From contig CAXXKJ010000002.1 of the NCBI GenBank assembly GCA_963675295.2, positions 1-64,000 on the forward strand: 64,000 nucleotides of DNA. The letters are read 5' to 3'. The notes under the pieces were generated by a model. That model was not told the origin of the DNA. It searched no databases and saw nothing but the letters and a program-made list of their open reading frames with translations. Source of the stretch: a bacterium. Its GTDB lineage: Bacteria; Electryoneota; Electryoneia; Electryoneales; Electryoneaceae. This document shows, piece by piece, positions 27,565 through 36,014 of the stretch (position 1 is its first letter; each line of letters opens with the position of its first letter). The position numbers and the translations under genes were made by a program.

Positions 27565-28530
27565 ATGACCTATCGTTCACCGGTTGTTCGTGTCGATGGC
27601 GCTGCTCGTTACGCCCGCAACTCCTGGCGTCCACTGTTCTTCAGTTTGCTGGCCGCCCTGATGCTGTTCACACCTCTCACCGGTACGGCCCAGATCGAGA
27701 CGATCGAGGCGGGTACGGTGATCAACGTGACTGTGGTTGGGCATCCGGAATTCTCGCAGTTGGTCATCGTGCATCAGGATGGCACGACCGACTACCCGTT
27801 GCTCGGCAACATTCCGGTGGACGGGATGACGGCCGAGGACTTGAAGGAGTTGCTGACTCGGGCGTTGAACCGGGTTGTTGACCGCCCGCTGGTGTTCGTC
27901 AACCTGTCACATTACGCGATGATCGAGATGCGTGTTGTCGGTGCGGTGCAGTCGCCTGGCGATACCGAAGTGCGCGGCCCGGCGGACATTCAGAGTGTGC
28001 TTGCCAGTGTCGGCGGCCCGTTGGAAGACGCAGACCTTCGTCGCATTGCGATCATCCGGGACAGACCATCCGGCCAGGTGATTGAAGAAGTGGACTTGAT
28101 CAGTTACGCCGCCCAGGACGCGGAGAACTTCACTCCGGTTTATGTCAGCAGCGGTGATCTGGTTGTGGTTCCGTTGCTGGAGCGGGATTCGTATGTGCGG
28201 GTGATCGGTGCGGTTAACCTGCCGGGACCCTACGTACCGACATTGAACGCGAACGTGATCGACATGATTTATCTCGCCGGCGGCCCGTCTCGCCAGGCAG
28301 ATCTGAACAATATCCGCTTCATTCGGTCGAACCTGGAACCCTCGCAGCGCGAGGTCGAGCTTGACATGGAAGACATGCTCGAGCGAGGTTCTGACTATCC
28401 TCCGGTACATCCCGGGGACGTGATCATCGTCAGTTTTCGGGACGATTGGAAGACATTTTCTTTCTGGGCCGGTTTCATGCGAGATCTCGCCCTGGTGGCA
28501 TCGTCTATCCTGATTCTTTCACGAATCTGA
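27565..28530 (+). CDS. wza: Polysaccharide export protein (Wza-like, Poly_export plus SLBB domains)
   Basis: V.V.GHPEFS..VHQDGT..YPLLGNI.V.GMT, two V.GAV..PG SLBB repeats. Start uncertain. Confidence 0.85.
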   Translation: MTYRSPVVRVDGAARYARNSWRPLFFSLLAALMLFTPLTGTAQIETIEAGTVINVTVVGHPEFSQLVIVHQDGTTDYPLLGNIPVDGMTAEDLKELLTRALNRVVDRPLVFVNLSHYAMIEMRVVGAVQSPGDTEVRGPADIQSVLASVGGPLEDADLRRIAIIRDRPSGQVIEEVDLISYAAQDAENFTPVYVSSGDLVVVPLLERDSYVRVIGAVNLPGPYVPTLNANVIDMIYLAGGPSRQADLNNIRFIRSNLEPSQREVELDMEDMLERGSDYPPVHPGDVIIVSFRDDWKTFSFWAGFMRDLALVASSILILSRI

Positions 28531-28582
28531 CCGAGATGCGAACATAGCACATGAAGCCGGACAACGTAGGACAGCCAGTCTG

Positions 28583-30892
28583 ATGATGAACCATCACCCG
28601 ACAAATTCTCAGAACCACCATTCGCCGGAACCGGAAGAAACCGGGTTTATCGGCCGGCGAATTTCGTTTCAAAGCATTTTGTTCTCAATCCTTAAGCGAC
28701 CGTGGATCCTGGTGGTCACGTTGATCGTGATCATGGCGCCGGTGACGTACATCTCGTTGAACGCGACCCGGATGTACATGTCCCGTTCGGTGGTGATGGT
28801 CCCGGTGCAGGAAACCACGCTTGCGATCACCAGTGTGATGGGCGGTGGAAACGATCCGACCAAGCCGGAACACTACTACACGTCCATTCTACAGAGTTCA
28901 GATTATCGCACGGCGGTCGGCATGGAAGTCGCCGAGCGCATGCCTGAGCTTGGTCCGGCACCGAACCGGATGGCAATGAGCGCGGTGAATTTTTCCCGCG
29001 ATCCTCGCCAGCCCGGTCTGTTCACCCTGACCGCGGTTTCCGCGCGTGAGGATCTGGTCGAACCGTTTGTCGCGGCGGCAGTGGACGTTTTCCGCGCACG
29101 CATTTCGCTGCTCGATCAGCAGGAAGCGCGAGCGGTGGTGGATTTCATTGACGAGCAGCTCGTCGACCTCAACCAGAAGACCATTGAAGCGGAAGAGGAT
29201 CTGCAACGGTTCCTGCGGGAGAAGCAGTTTGTTGTCGATGATCCGGACAAGGGCATCGCGCAGGAGTTGACCAACATCGAAAGCAGCCTTGCGGACGCCG
29301 AAGCCAATCTAAACCTGATCAACCTGAATTTGCGTTCCTACGAACGGCAGGTACAGGAAGCGCTGGACAACCTCGCCACGGTTCCGGATTCCGCCGGGAA
29401 CGACTATGCTCAGAATGTCCGCCTGCATATGGACCAGCTGAAGGAAGAAATTCGGCTGGCTGAAGAACAGGGCAGACCCGCAGCGTTCATTGACTCGTTG
29501 ACCGTCCTCCGTCGCACCCTGGCGTCCAACATGATGCAGTCGTCCATGCTCGGCGGCGCGAAATCCGATATGGACGGCGACCTGTCGCTGAAAAACCTGC
29601 AGGAATTAATCCGCAAGCTGGCGCTGGACAAGGACCAGGCGGAAACTCGTGTCAACTACCTCCGCCGCCAGCTGTACCAGTTCCGGCAGAAGCACCCGAA
29701 CATTTCCGAGGACATTCTCGAATACACACGTTTGCTGCGGAAACGTGACGTTCTCAAACAGACGCTCGAAATCCTGCTCGAGAAACGTGAAGAAGCGCGC
29801 ATCAAGATGGCCGCGCAGCTGGGCGGCTTGAAGGTGCTGGAGGATCCGACCACGCCCGCGCCACTCGCGCGGCACACGCCGGAGAAACTGGCCGCGGCGC
29901 TGCTGTTCTCGCTGCTGCTCGGGGTTGTCGTATCGTTCTCAGTGGACTATTCGATTCAAACGATAGACGTCGACCGTGACATCACCGACAATTTCCGGAT
30001 TCCTGTCCTCGGTGTGCTTCCACCGATTGAAGCCAAGGACACGGTGACCGGCAAAGGGTCGAAAGCTTCGATGGAAAACAGCGGCAAGTTGATCACGAAC
30101 ATCTCGACCCGTTCGTGGTTCCTCGAGGCCCTGCGTTCGATCAAGACCAGCCTGTTCTTCCAGGCGGCGGAACGGAACATCAACTGTTTCGTCATCACCA
30201 GTCCGTTGCCGTCCGAAGGGAAGTCGCTAACCACAGCGAATCTCGCGATTTCCATCGCACAGAGCGGCAAGCGCATCATTGTGGTCGATTGCGACCTGCG
30301 CCGTCCGATGCAGCACAAGCTGTTTGACGTTCCCCGTAAACCGGGCATGTCCGACAGCCTGTTGAACACGGACAGTTCGAGCATTCACGACGTGATCATT
30401 CCGACACACGTCAACAACCTCGACATCATTCCGGCGGGCAGCAACCAGCACAACCCGTCCGAATTGCTCGGCTCGCAACGGATGAACGCGGTGCTTGGCG
30501 AGCTTCGCAGCCAGTACGATTACGTGCTGCTGGATTCGCCGCCTGTACTGCCGGCCGTCGACTCCCGTTTGCTTGGTACCCTGGCGGACGGCCTGGTACT
30601 GATCGCGCACGCCGAACGCACCAAGATCCGTAACTTCGAAAACGCACTGAACCTGATTCAGAACTTGCACGTTCCTGTGCTCGGCACGGTGCTCAACCAG
30701 TCGATCCGCAAGTACGGCATGGTGTACTACAGCATGTACGGCTACTACCAGAGCTACTACTATTACAAGCCGTACAGCGAGTATTACGGCAGCACCGATC
30801 AGGAAGAATACGCCGAGAAGAACGGCAAGGCGGTGCGCGGCCGTCACGGCAAGAAGAAACGTCCTGCGGCGGACGCCGACGATAAGGCGTAA
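28583..30892 (+). CDS. wzc: Polysaccharide co-polymerase / tyrosine autokinase (Wzc-like)
   Basis: Two TM segments with coiled coil, SPLPSEGKS, VDCDLRRP, LLDSPP, Tyr-rich tail. Confidence 0.93.
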   Translation: MMNHHPTNSQNHHSPEPEETGFIGRRISFQSILFSILKRPWILVVTLIVIMAPVTYISLNATRMYMSRSVVMVPVQETTLAITSVMGGGNDPTKPEHYYTSILQSSDYRTAVGMEVAERMPELGPAPNRMAMSAVNFSRDPRQPGLFTLTAVSAREDLVEPFVAAAVDVFRARISLLDQQEARAVVDFIDEQLVDLNQKTIEAEEDLQRFLREKQFVVDDPDKGIAQELTNIESSLADAEANLNLINLNLRSYERQVQEALDNLATVPDSAGNDYAQNVRLHMDQLKEEIRLAEEQGRPAAFIDSLTVLRRTLASNMMQSSMLGGAKSDMDGDLSLKNLQELIRKLALDKDQAETRVNYLRRQLYQFRQKHPNISEDILEYTRLLRKRDVLKQTLEILLEKREEARIKMAAQLGGLKVLEDPTTPAPLARHTPEKLAAALLFSLLLGVVVSFSVDYSIQTIDVDRDITDNFRIPVLGVLPPIEAKDTVTGKGSKASMENSGKLITNISTRSWFLEALRSIKTSLFFQAAERNINCFVITSPLPSEGKSLTTANLAISIAQSGKRIIVVDCDLRRPMQHKLFDVPRKPGMSDSLLNTDSSSIHDVIIPTHVNNLDIIPAGSNQHNPSELLGSQRMNAVLGELRSQYDYVLLDSPPVLPAVDSRLLGTLADGLVLIAHAERTKIRNFENALNLIQNLHVPVLGTVLNQSIRKYGMVYYSMYGYYQSYYYYKPYSEYYGSTDQEEYAEKNGKAVRGRHGKKKRPAADADDKA

Positions 30893-31017
30893 TCCACGCC
30901 CCGTTTTTCGAACGAACACACACGGTCCGGCTTGCCCCCGGGCCGTTTTCTCTCGACCTTGCTGCGGTGGACAGCGACAGGCTTGTCCACCGCGCAACCA
31001 TCAACCGTGACCAGACC

Positions 31018-31767
31018 ATGTCCCTTCCGCACGACTTCGACCCCAGCGAGCATGACGACGAACCGGTCGCGCACTCGGATGTGCAGCTCCGCGCAGTCAT
31101 TTTCGACCTCGACAACACGTTGTTCGATTTCATCTCGATGAAGGAAAAGGCCGTCGAAGCAGCGGCGTGGGCGATGATTGACGCCGGCCTGCCCCTGACT
31201 CCGGAAGAGGTCAACAGACGCATTTTCCAGGTGTATGAGCTGGAGGGGATCGAATTCCAGAATGTTTTCGATCACATGTTGGGCGATGTCCTCGGCAAGG
31301 TTGATCCGAAGATCCTCGCGGCGGGAATTGTCGCCTACCGGCGGGTGCGTGAGGCGATGCTGGTTCCGTTTCCCCATACCCGGTCGACGCTCGTCGATCT
31401 CGTCAAGCAGGGGATCAAAATCGCGGTGGTTTCGGACGCGCCCTCGGTGCAGGCGTGGCTGCGGCTGTGCTACCTGCAGCTGCAGGATCTGTTCGACACC
31501 GTCGTCACCTTTGACGACACCGGCCAGACCAAACCCTCGCCGGAACCGTACCGGCTGGCCCTCTCACGTTTACGCCTGCAGCCGGAAGAAGCATTGATGG
31601 TGGGTGATTGGATCGATCGGGACCTGCTTGGCGCGAAACGGATCGGGATGCGAACCGCACACGCACATTACGGTGCCGAACTGCCCGAGGAAGCGCCTAG
31701 GCCACTGGCGAACGCTATCCTCAAGGACATTCGCGATATCCTGACCCTCGTCGACAAGTGGAAGTAG
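31018..31767 (+). CDS. HAD-superfamily hydrolase (subfamily IA)
   Basis: FDLDNTL, VSD, KPSPEPY, MVGDWIDRDLLGA. Confidence 0.92.
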   Translation: MSLPHDFDPSEHDDEPVAHSDVQLRAVIFDLDNTLFDFISMKEKAVEAAAWAMIDAGLPLTPEEVNRRIFQVYELEGIEFQNVFDHMLGDVLGKVDPKILAAGIVAYRRVREAMLVPFPHTRSTLVDLVKQGIKIAVVSDAPSVQAWLRLCYLQLQDLFDTVVTFDDTGQTKPSPEPYRLALSRLRLQPEEALMVGDWIDRDLLGAKRIGMRTAHAHYGAELPEEAPRPLANAILKDIRDILTLVDKWK

Positions 31768-32135
31768 GTATCGGGGCTGCCGACAGCGGGCTTCGGTCGG
31801 CGGATGACAGGCTGCCGACTGCGGTCGGCGGATGACGGGCTGCCGACTGCGGGCGACGGGTAGTGATCTGCGGTCTGCGGTCTGCAAAAAAGTATTACCA
31901 CGGACTTCAGTCCGTGGACGCAAGGGTGTCATGCTGAACGCAGTGAAGCATCTACCTGATAAACCGGCAACGTCTCCAGGATAAACGCGTGGCCCGACAT
32001 GATGCATTCGCATGTCGGTTGTCATGGTTCAGGCTGCGAAATGCGGTATTTGCCCCGAAGCCTGAAATCTGTTGTCAGTTGTCAGTTACTGACCACCAAC
32101 CACCGATAGCCGATAACCTAGCCGATTACCGGCTA

Positions 32136-32528
32136 TCACCCCGGAATGATCGAATCCTGATCGTCCAGGTTCAGCGTCAATCGTTCCGCACGTTCGACCA
32201 CACCCGCATGCGGCACCATCGCGAACCGGTGCGCGACCCCCAGCTGTTGGAACCGCATCTCGACGAACCACGGCACCTCTGCCAGCACCAGGTCGCCGCC
32301 CAGTTCCTGCAACCGGCGCTGCACCGCCAGCAACCCAGCGAACAGGGTGTAATGCAGGAATTTCATCGAGCCGAGGGTGAGCACAATCCGGCGCGCGCCC
32401 TGATCAACCAGCCCGTCGAGGACTTCTTCCAACCCACCTTCGAGGTCCATGTCCAGTGCTTTGCCGCCATACACAAACGCCGTTTGCCCACGCATCCGCC
32501 GTGCGTAACTGAGAAACTTCATCATCAC
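32136..32528 (-). CDS. STAS-domain protein (anti-sigma-factor antagonist-like)
   Basis: GGKALDM..LEEVLDGLVDQGARRIVLTLGSMKFL..LLAVQRRLQELGGDLVLA. Confidence 0.75.
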   Translation of the reverse strand: MMMKFLSYARRMRGQTAFVYGGKALDMDLEGGLEEVLDGLVDQGARRIVLTLGSMKFLHYTLFAGLLAVQRRLQELGGDLVLAEVPWFVEMRFQQLGVAHRFAMVPHAGVVERAERLTLNLDDQDSIIPG

Positions 32529-32555
32529 TCCGTCTGTTGTCTTGCCAACGCGTAA

Positions 32556-32601
32556 GGCAAGCGCCGTGCCGGAGTCTTAACGTTATAATATCAACATGTT
32601 A
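32556..32601 (-). promoter_or_regulatory. sigma54 promoter of the STAS gene with adjacent IHF site
   Basis: CGGCACG-GCGC-TTGCC (minus, 32571-32556); TATCAACATGTTA (32589-32601) matches WATCAANNNNTTR. Confidence 0.7.
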
Positions 32602-33133
32602 TCATTCTTTCTGCGAGGGACTACAGGGTGAAAAAACGCTCCCAAGTGGGAGATTTCTGCCGGTCGCTTTTGCCGCTCGATGGACAGGGCCAGTACGCCG
32701 CTAGCTTGGGAAACTTCAAGTGTTTACGCAACGATTTTGCCTCGCCAGCTTTATAGTCCGGCCTCCCTGTCTGCTTCCTTGCACTCTGTTAGTCGCCAGC
32801 GTCTTTCCGCAAACCACCCGTTTTTGTACCCATTCAGCGGCTTCAGGGCAATCCAGCTCAAGATAATACACACGCTCTCTGTCCTGTAGCAGCAGCCAAC
32901 AACCTGGCCAATCGATTAATAATAGTTAATCGCCTACTTTAACTTATTTCCTGACCACGCCTGCTGGAGAGGTCCACGCCTGATAGTCCTTTTGCGGCCG
33001 GAACGGGATCTGTCTCACCCGTGCGAGCGGGAGCGCCCCTGCCTGGCGGCGAATCGTGCGTTTTCCTTGTACCTTTGCTGCGATGACCGGCGCGTTGTGA
33101 TCGTCCGGGCCCGGTCCAATCCAGCAACCGACG

Positions 33134-34117
33134 ATGGTGCGCGGCATGAGAGAATCCATCAGCACCCTGACCCTTCCGGTGAACGATTTTCGTCTCACCA
33201 ACTGGCTGGCGAACACAACATCCAGCGACTACCAGGAGACCCTCGCACCGTGGGGGGTGGACGTCCAGGCGTTGCGCACCGCCCGGCTGCTCGGCGGCTT
33301 GGAGGGCGAAATCCGTGTCCTCGAGGAAGACGACGACCTGGTCGCTGTGCTCCGCACGCACCAGCTCAAATGGGACGAGGAAATCCTCGGCCGCCCGGTG
33401 ATCTGCATTGACGCTATGGCTGGCGGTAACATCGAGGAGAAACACCGCCTTCTGAGTCGCGTGGTGGTAACCCTGCGTCCCGGCCAGGGCCTGCTCACCG
33501 CCCGCATCCGTGGGGACGATTACCCGTCCATGCATGCCCTCGAAAGTGTCGGCTTCCGTGTCACCGACAGTCGCAACATCTTCCTCAAGGATTTCAGTCA
33601 GGATCGCGAACCGACGAGCATCACCGAACCTCGGTCAGGATTCATCCAACCATACAATCCGACCGATATGAAGATGCGGGCTACGCTGACACGTCTTGGG
33701 ACAAATGCGCTTCGTCACAGCCGGATCTACAACGACCCCTCGGTGCCACGCGAACGGGCGGACTACTTCTACGAAGCGCTGACGGAACGATTCCTGGATG
33801 ATCCGGACACGCTGGTATATGTCGCGACAGTGGATGACGAACATGTCGGCTTTGTGGTCGGTAAGGAAGATGCCGATGTTCATGAAGCCGGGGGGGTGAA
33901 ACTTGGCTATTTGTGGTTGATTACAGTAGATGAGGTGCACATGGGCAAGGGGCTCGGACTGGCACTTTATCAGACCTTCGAACAGGCGATGCGCGACAAG
34001 GTCACATTGCTCGAAGCGGGCGCACAAACCCATAATTACACCGTGCTCAACATCTTCACCCGCGCCAACCTGAAGCCGGTGTCGTCGCTGGTCACTTTTC
34101 ACGCGTGGATTGAATAA
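33134..34117 (+). CDS. GNAT-family acetyltransferase (WecD/RffC-like NDP-amino-sugar acetyltransferase)
   Basis: ALESVGFR, HSRIYNDP, LITVDEVHMGKGLGLAL, AQTHN. Start 33134 or 33146. Confidence 0.78.
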   Translation: MVRGMRESISTLTLPVNDFRLTNWLANTTSSDYQETLAPWGVDVQALRTARLLGGLEGEIRVLEEDDDLVAVLRTHQLKWDEEILGRPVICIDAMAGGNIEEKHRLLSRVVVTLRPGQGLLTARIRGDDYPSMHALESVGFRVTDSRNIFLKDFSQDREPTSITEPRSGFIQPYNPTDMKMRATLTRLGTNALRHSRIYNDPSVPRERADYFYEALTERFLDDPDTLVYVATVDDEHVGFVVGKEDADVHEAGGVKLGYLWLITVDEVHMGKGLGLALYQTFEQAMRDKVTLLEAGAQTHNYTVLNIFTRANLKPVSSLVTFHAWIE

Positions 34118-34203
34118 GCGACATCGATGTCCGAATTTCGTAGATGCCAGGCGGAATCGTTCGACAGTCAAGCGAATTCAGCGAGAAACGATAACTCTCA
34201 GCG

Positions 34204-34884
34204 ATGTTAAAGCCCACTGATCGCAAATCGGATACGCGTATCCAGAATTCCATTCTGGTACAGGTAAGCAAACAGGATGTGATTGACGAATACCAGCAGG
34301 CGTCCCGTCTGCCGGCTGCCTGGCAACGTTGCGTGTGGGGTGGAACAGAAAGCATGCTCGGCCGCTTTCGCTTCGGGCTGAGTGAACTGCCGTTTGATAC
34401 TGTGCGTTCATGGCTGGACGTTGGCTGCGGCGAAGCAGATTTCTTCGTCACGGCGGAAGAGCACGGCCACCGTTTCGAGCGGTTGGCCGGAGTCGACATC
34501 ACCCCCGCGATGATCGAGCGTGCTCGCGCCAAGTCATTGCAAAGTCCACATGAATTTCACATCGCAGATCTGGCCACTCTGCCGGACTCGTTGTCCGGGT
34601 TCGACCTGATCAGCATGCTGGGTGTGCTGCAGAAATGCGGCATGGATCCACGGGACGTATTTCACGCCCTGGCACCGCGCCTGAACAGTGGTGGCAGGTT
34701 TTACTTAACGACGAAGAACCGGCTCTGGTCGAAGTTCAGCGATGGATACCTGCAGCCGACCGTCGGGCACAGCTGGTACAATCCATATGAACTGGCGGAG
34801 ATCGCCGATGCTGCCGGCTTCAAATTGCACCGTCTGGGCGGTTTGCTTCCCCGTGAAGCACGCGAGGTTCCGGTGCAGGACTAG
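34204..34884 (+). CDS. Class I SAM-dependent methyltransferase (possibly truncated by an internal TAG; frame continues to 34923)
   Basis: WLDVGCGEA, GVDITPAMI, FDLI, LNSGGRFYL. Start uncertain. Confidence 0.85.
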   Translation: MLKPTDRKSDTRIQNSILVQVSKQDVIDEYQQASRLPAAWQRCVWGGTESMLGRFRFGLSELPFDTVRSWLDVGCGEADFFVTAEEHGHRFERLAGVDITPAMIERARAKSLQSPHEFHIADLATLPDSLSGFDLISMLGVLQKCGMDPRDVFHALAPRLNSGGRFYLTTKNRLWSKFSDGYLQPTVGHSWYNPYELAEIADAAGFKLHRLGGLLPREAREVPVQD

Positions 34885-34919
34885 CAAACCGTATTCCTCA
34901 TTTTGACACGGACTGCCGC

Positions 34920-35948
34920 ATGAGCCAACCGTGGACATTGACCGTCTTCACCGACTGCGGCGACACCTCCGGGTACGATCGATTGCGCCGCTGTAAAGCC
35001 GTCGTCGACGAAGTCTTCTCCGCAATTACGGACACGCGTGTCCGTTATTTGCTGCCTGACGGTTGCGAACCAGGGTCCCTTGTTGACAAGCGAGCGGAAA
35101 TCAAGCACTTCAACGAATCCGGGTTGCAAGCGATCGTCCATGCATGCAAGCCCGGGGACGGCCCGATCCTGATTGATAGCAACCAGCTCGACGAGACGGG
35201 CCAGCAAGTTCTCCGTGCAGCGGGGTATTGCCTCGTGCAATTCACGGACGGTCCGCTCTTTGACCATTTCACCGCGTCGCTGGTGATCGACAGTTCGCCA
35301 GCCGCATTGTCCGCGCAATATGTCGGCGAACCCGATACCGTCTTCCTGCTTGGACCGGTCTATTTCCCGTTACGAAACACCGTTCGTGAGGTTGCCCCGC
35401 GTGACGAACAGCCAGACGAGGCGAAACATTTGCTTATCGCCTTCGGCGGCAGCGACACCGAGGACACGGCTGCCCGTGTGTTGCAGATCGCACGTGAGGA
35501 CGACTTCTGGACACAAATTACCGTGATCCTCGGGCCGGGCTATCGGGGTACGCTGAAGGAAGCAAACACAGCGTCAGACCGAGTTGAGATCCTGAGAGAT
35601 CCTGCTGATTTTGCAGGTAACGTTCGCCATGCCGATTTAGCGGTGTGCGATGCAGGGCTGACTGCCTGGGATATTGCCTGGCTCGGAGTTCCAATGCTAC
35701 AGCTTGTAGTGAGTGACGATCAGCTGCTCAACGCCTCCACCTTTAGCAATAGCCAGGCTGCGGTCAACCTTGGCAAACTGGACGAGTTCGACGCCGACTG
35801 GATTCGCCAGGCATTGGCCGAAGTCCGTACGGACAAGCTTCTTCGCACCATGCTGGCGGACAATGGCAAAGCGCTTTTCGATGGTCATGGTGCGGAGCGT
35901 ATTGCGCAGGAGATCGCCCACTTGTGGTTGCGATGGAATAACGGATAA
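34920..35948 (+). CDS. PseG/SpsG-like UDP-sugar hydrolase (GT-B fold)
   Basis: LLGPVYFPLR, LLIAFGGSD, ADLAVCDAGLTAWD..GVP, DGHGAERI. Confidence 0.8.
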   Translation: MSQPWTLTVFTDCGDTSGYDRLRRCKAVVDEVFSAITDTRVRYLLPDGCEPGSLVDKRAEIKHFNESGLQAIVHACKPGDGPILIDSNQLDETGQQVLRAAGYCLVQFTDGPLFDHFTASLVIDSSPAALSAQYVGEPDTVFLLGPVYFPLRNTVREVAPRDEQPDEAKHLLIAFGGSDTEDTAARVLQIAREDDFWTQITVILGPGYRGTLKEANTASDRVEILRDPADFAGNVRHADLAVCDAGLTAWDIAWLGVPMLQLVVSDDQLLNASTFSNSQAAVNLGKLDEFDADWIRQALAEVRTDKLLRTMLADNGKALFDGHGAERIAQEIAHLWLRWNNG

Positions 35949-36014
35949 GCGTGTCCGATTTAATAGCAGTCTCAATAGGGAATACAGACTGGACCGACTG
36001 AACCTTGACGGGGA

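Noticed and set aside
32909-32945. dif/Xer site (CGATTAA-N6-TTAATCG and a nearby TAAGTTAAA)
   Set aside because: Arms do not match XerC/XerD consensus in the right spacing; more likely an operator or chance AT-rich palindrome.
32610-33130. Hidden ncRNA or gene in the long STAS-GNAT intergenic region
   Set aside because: No RNA family or protein motif I could recognise; an Rfam/Infernal search would be needed.
34882-34884. Pyrrolysine or genome-wide TAG recoding
   Set aside because: No pyl genes in the window, and other genes (TBDR, TetR, PadR, portal) end normally at TAG.
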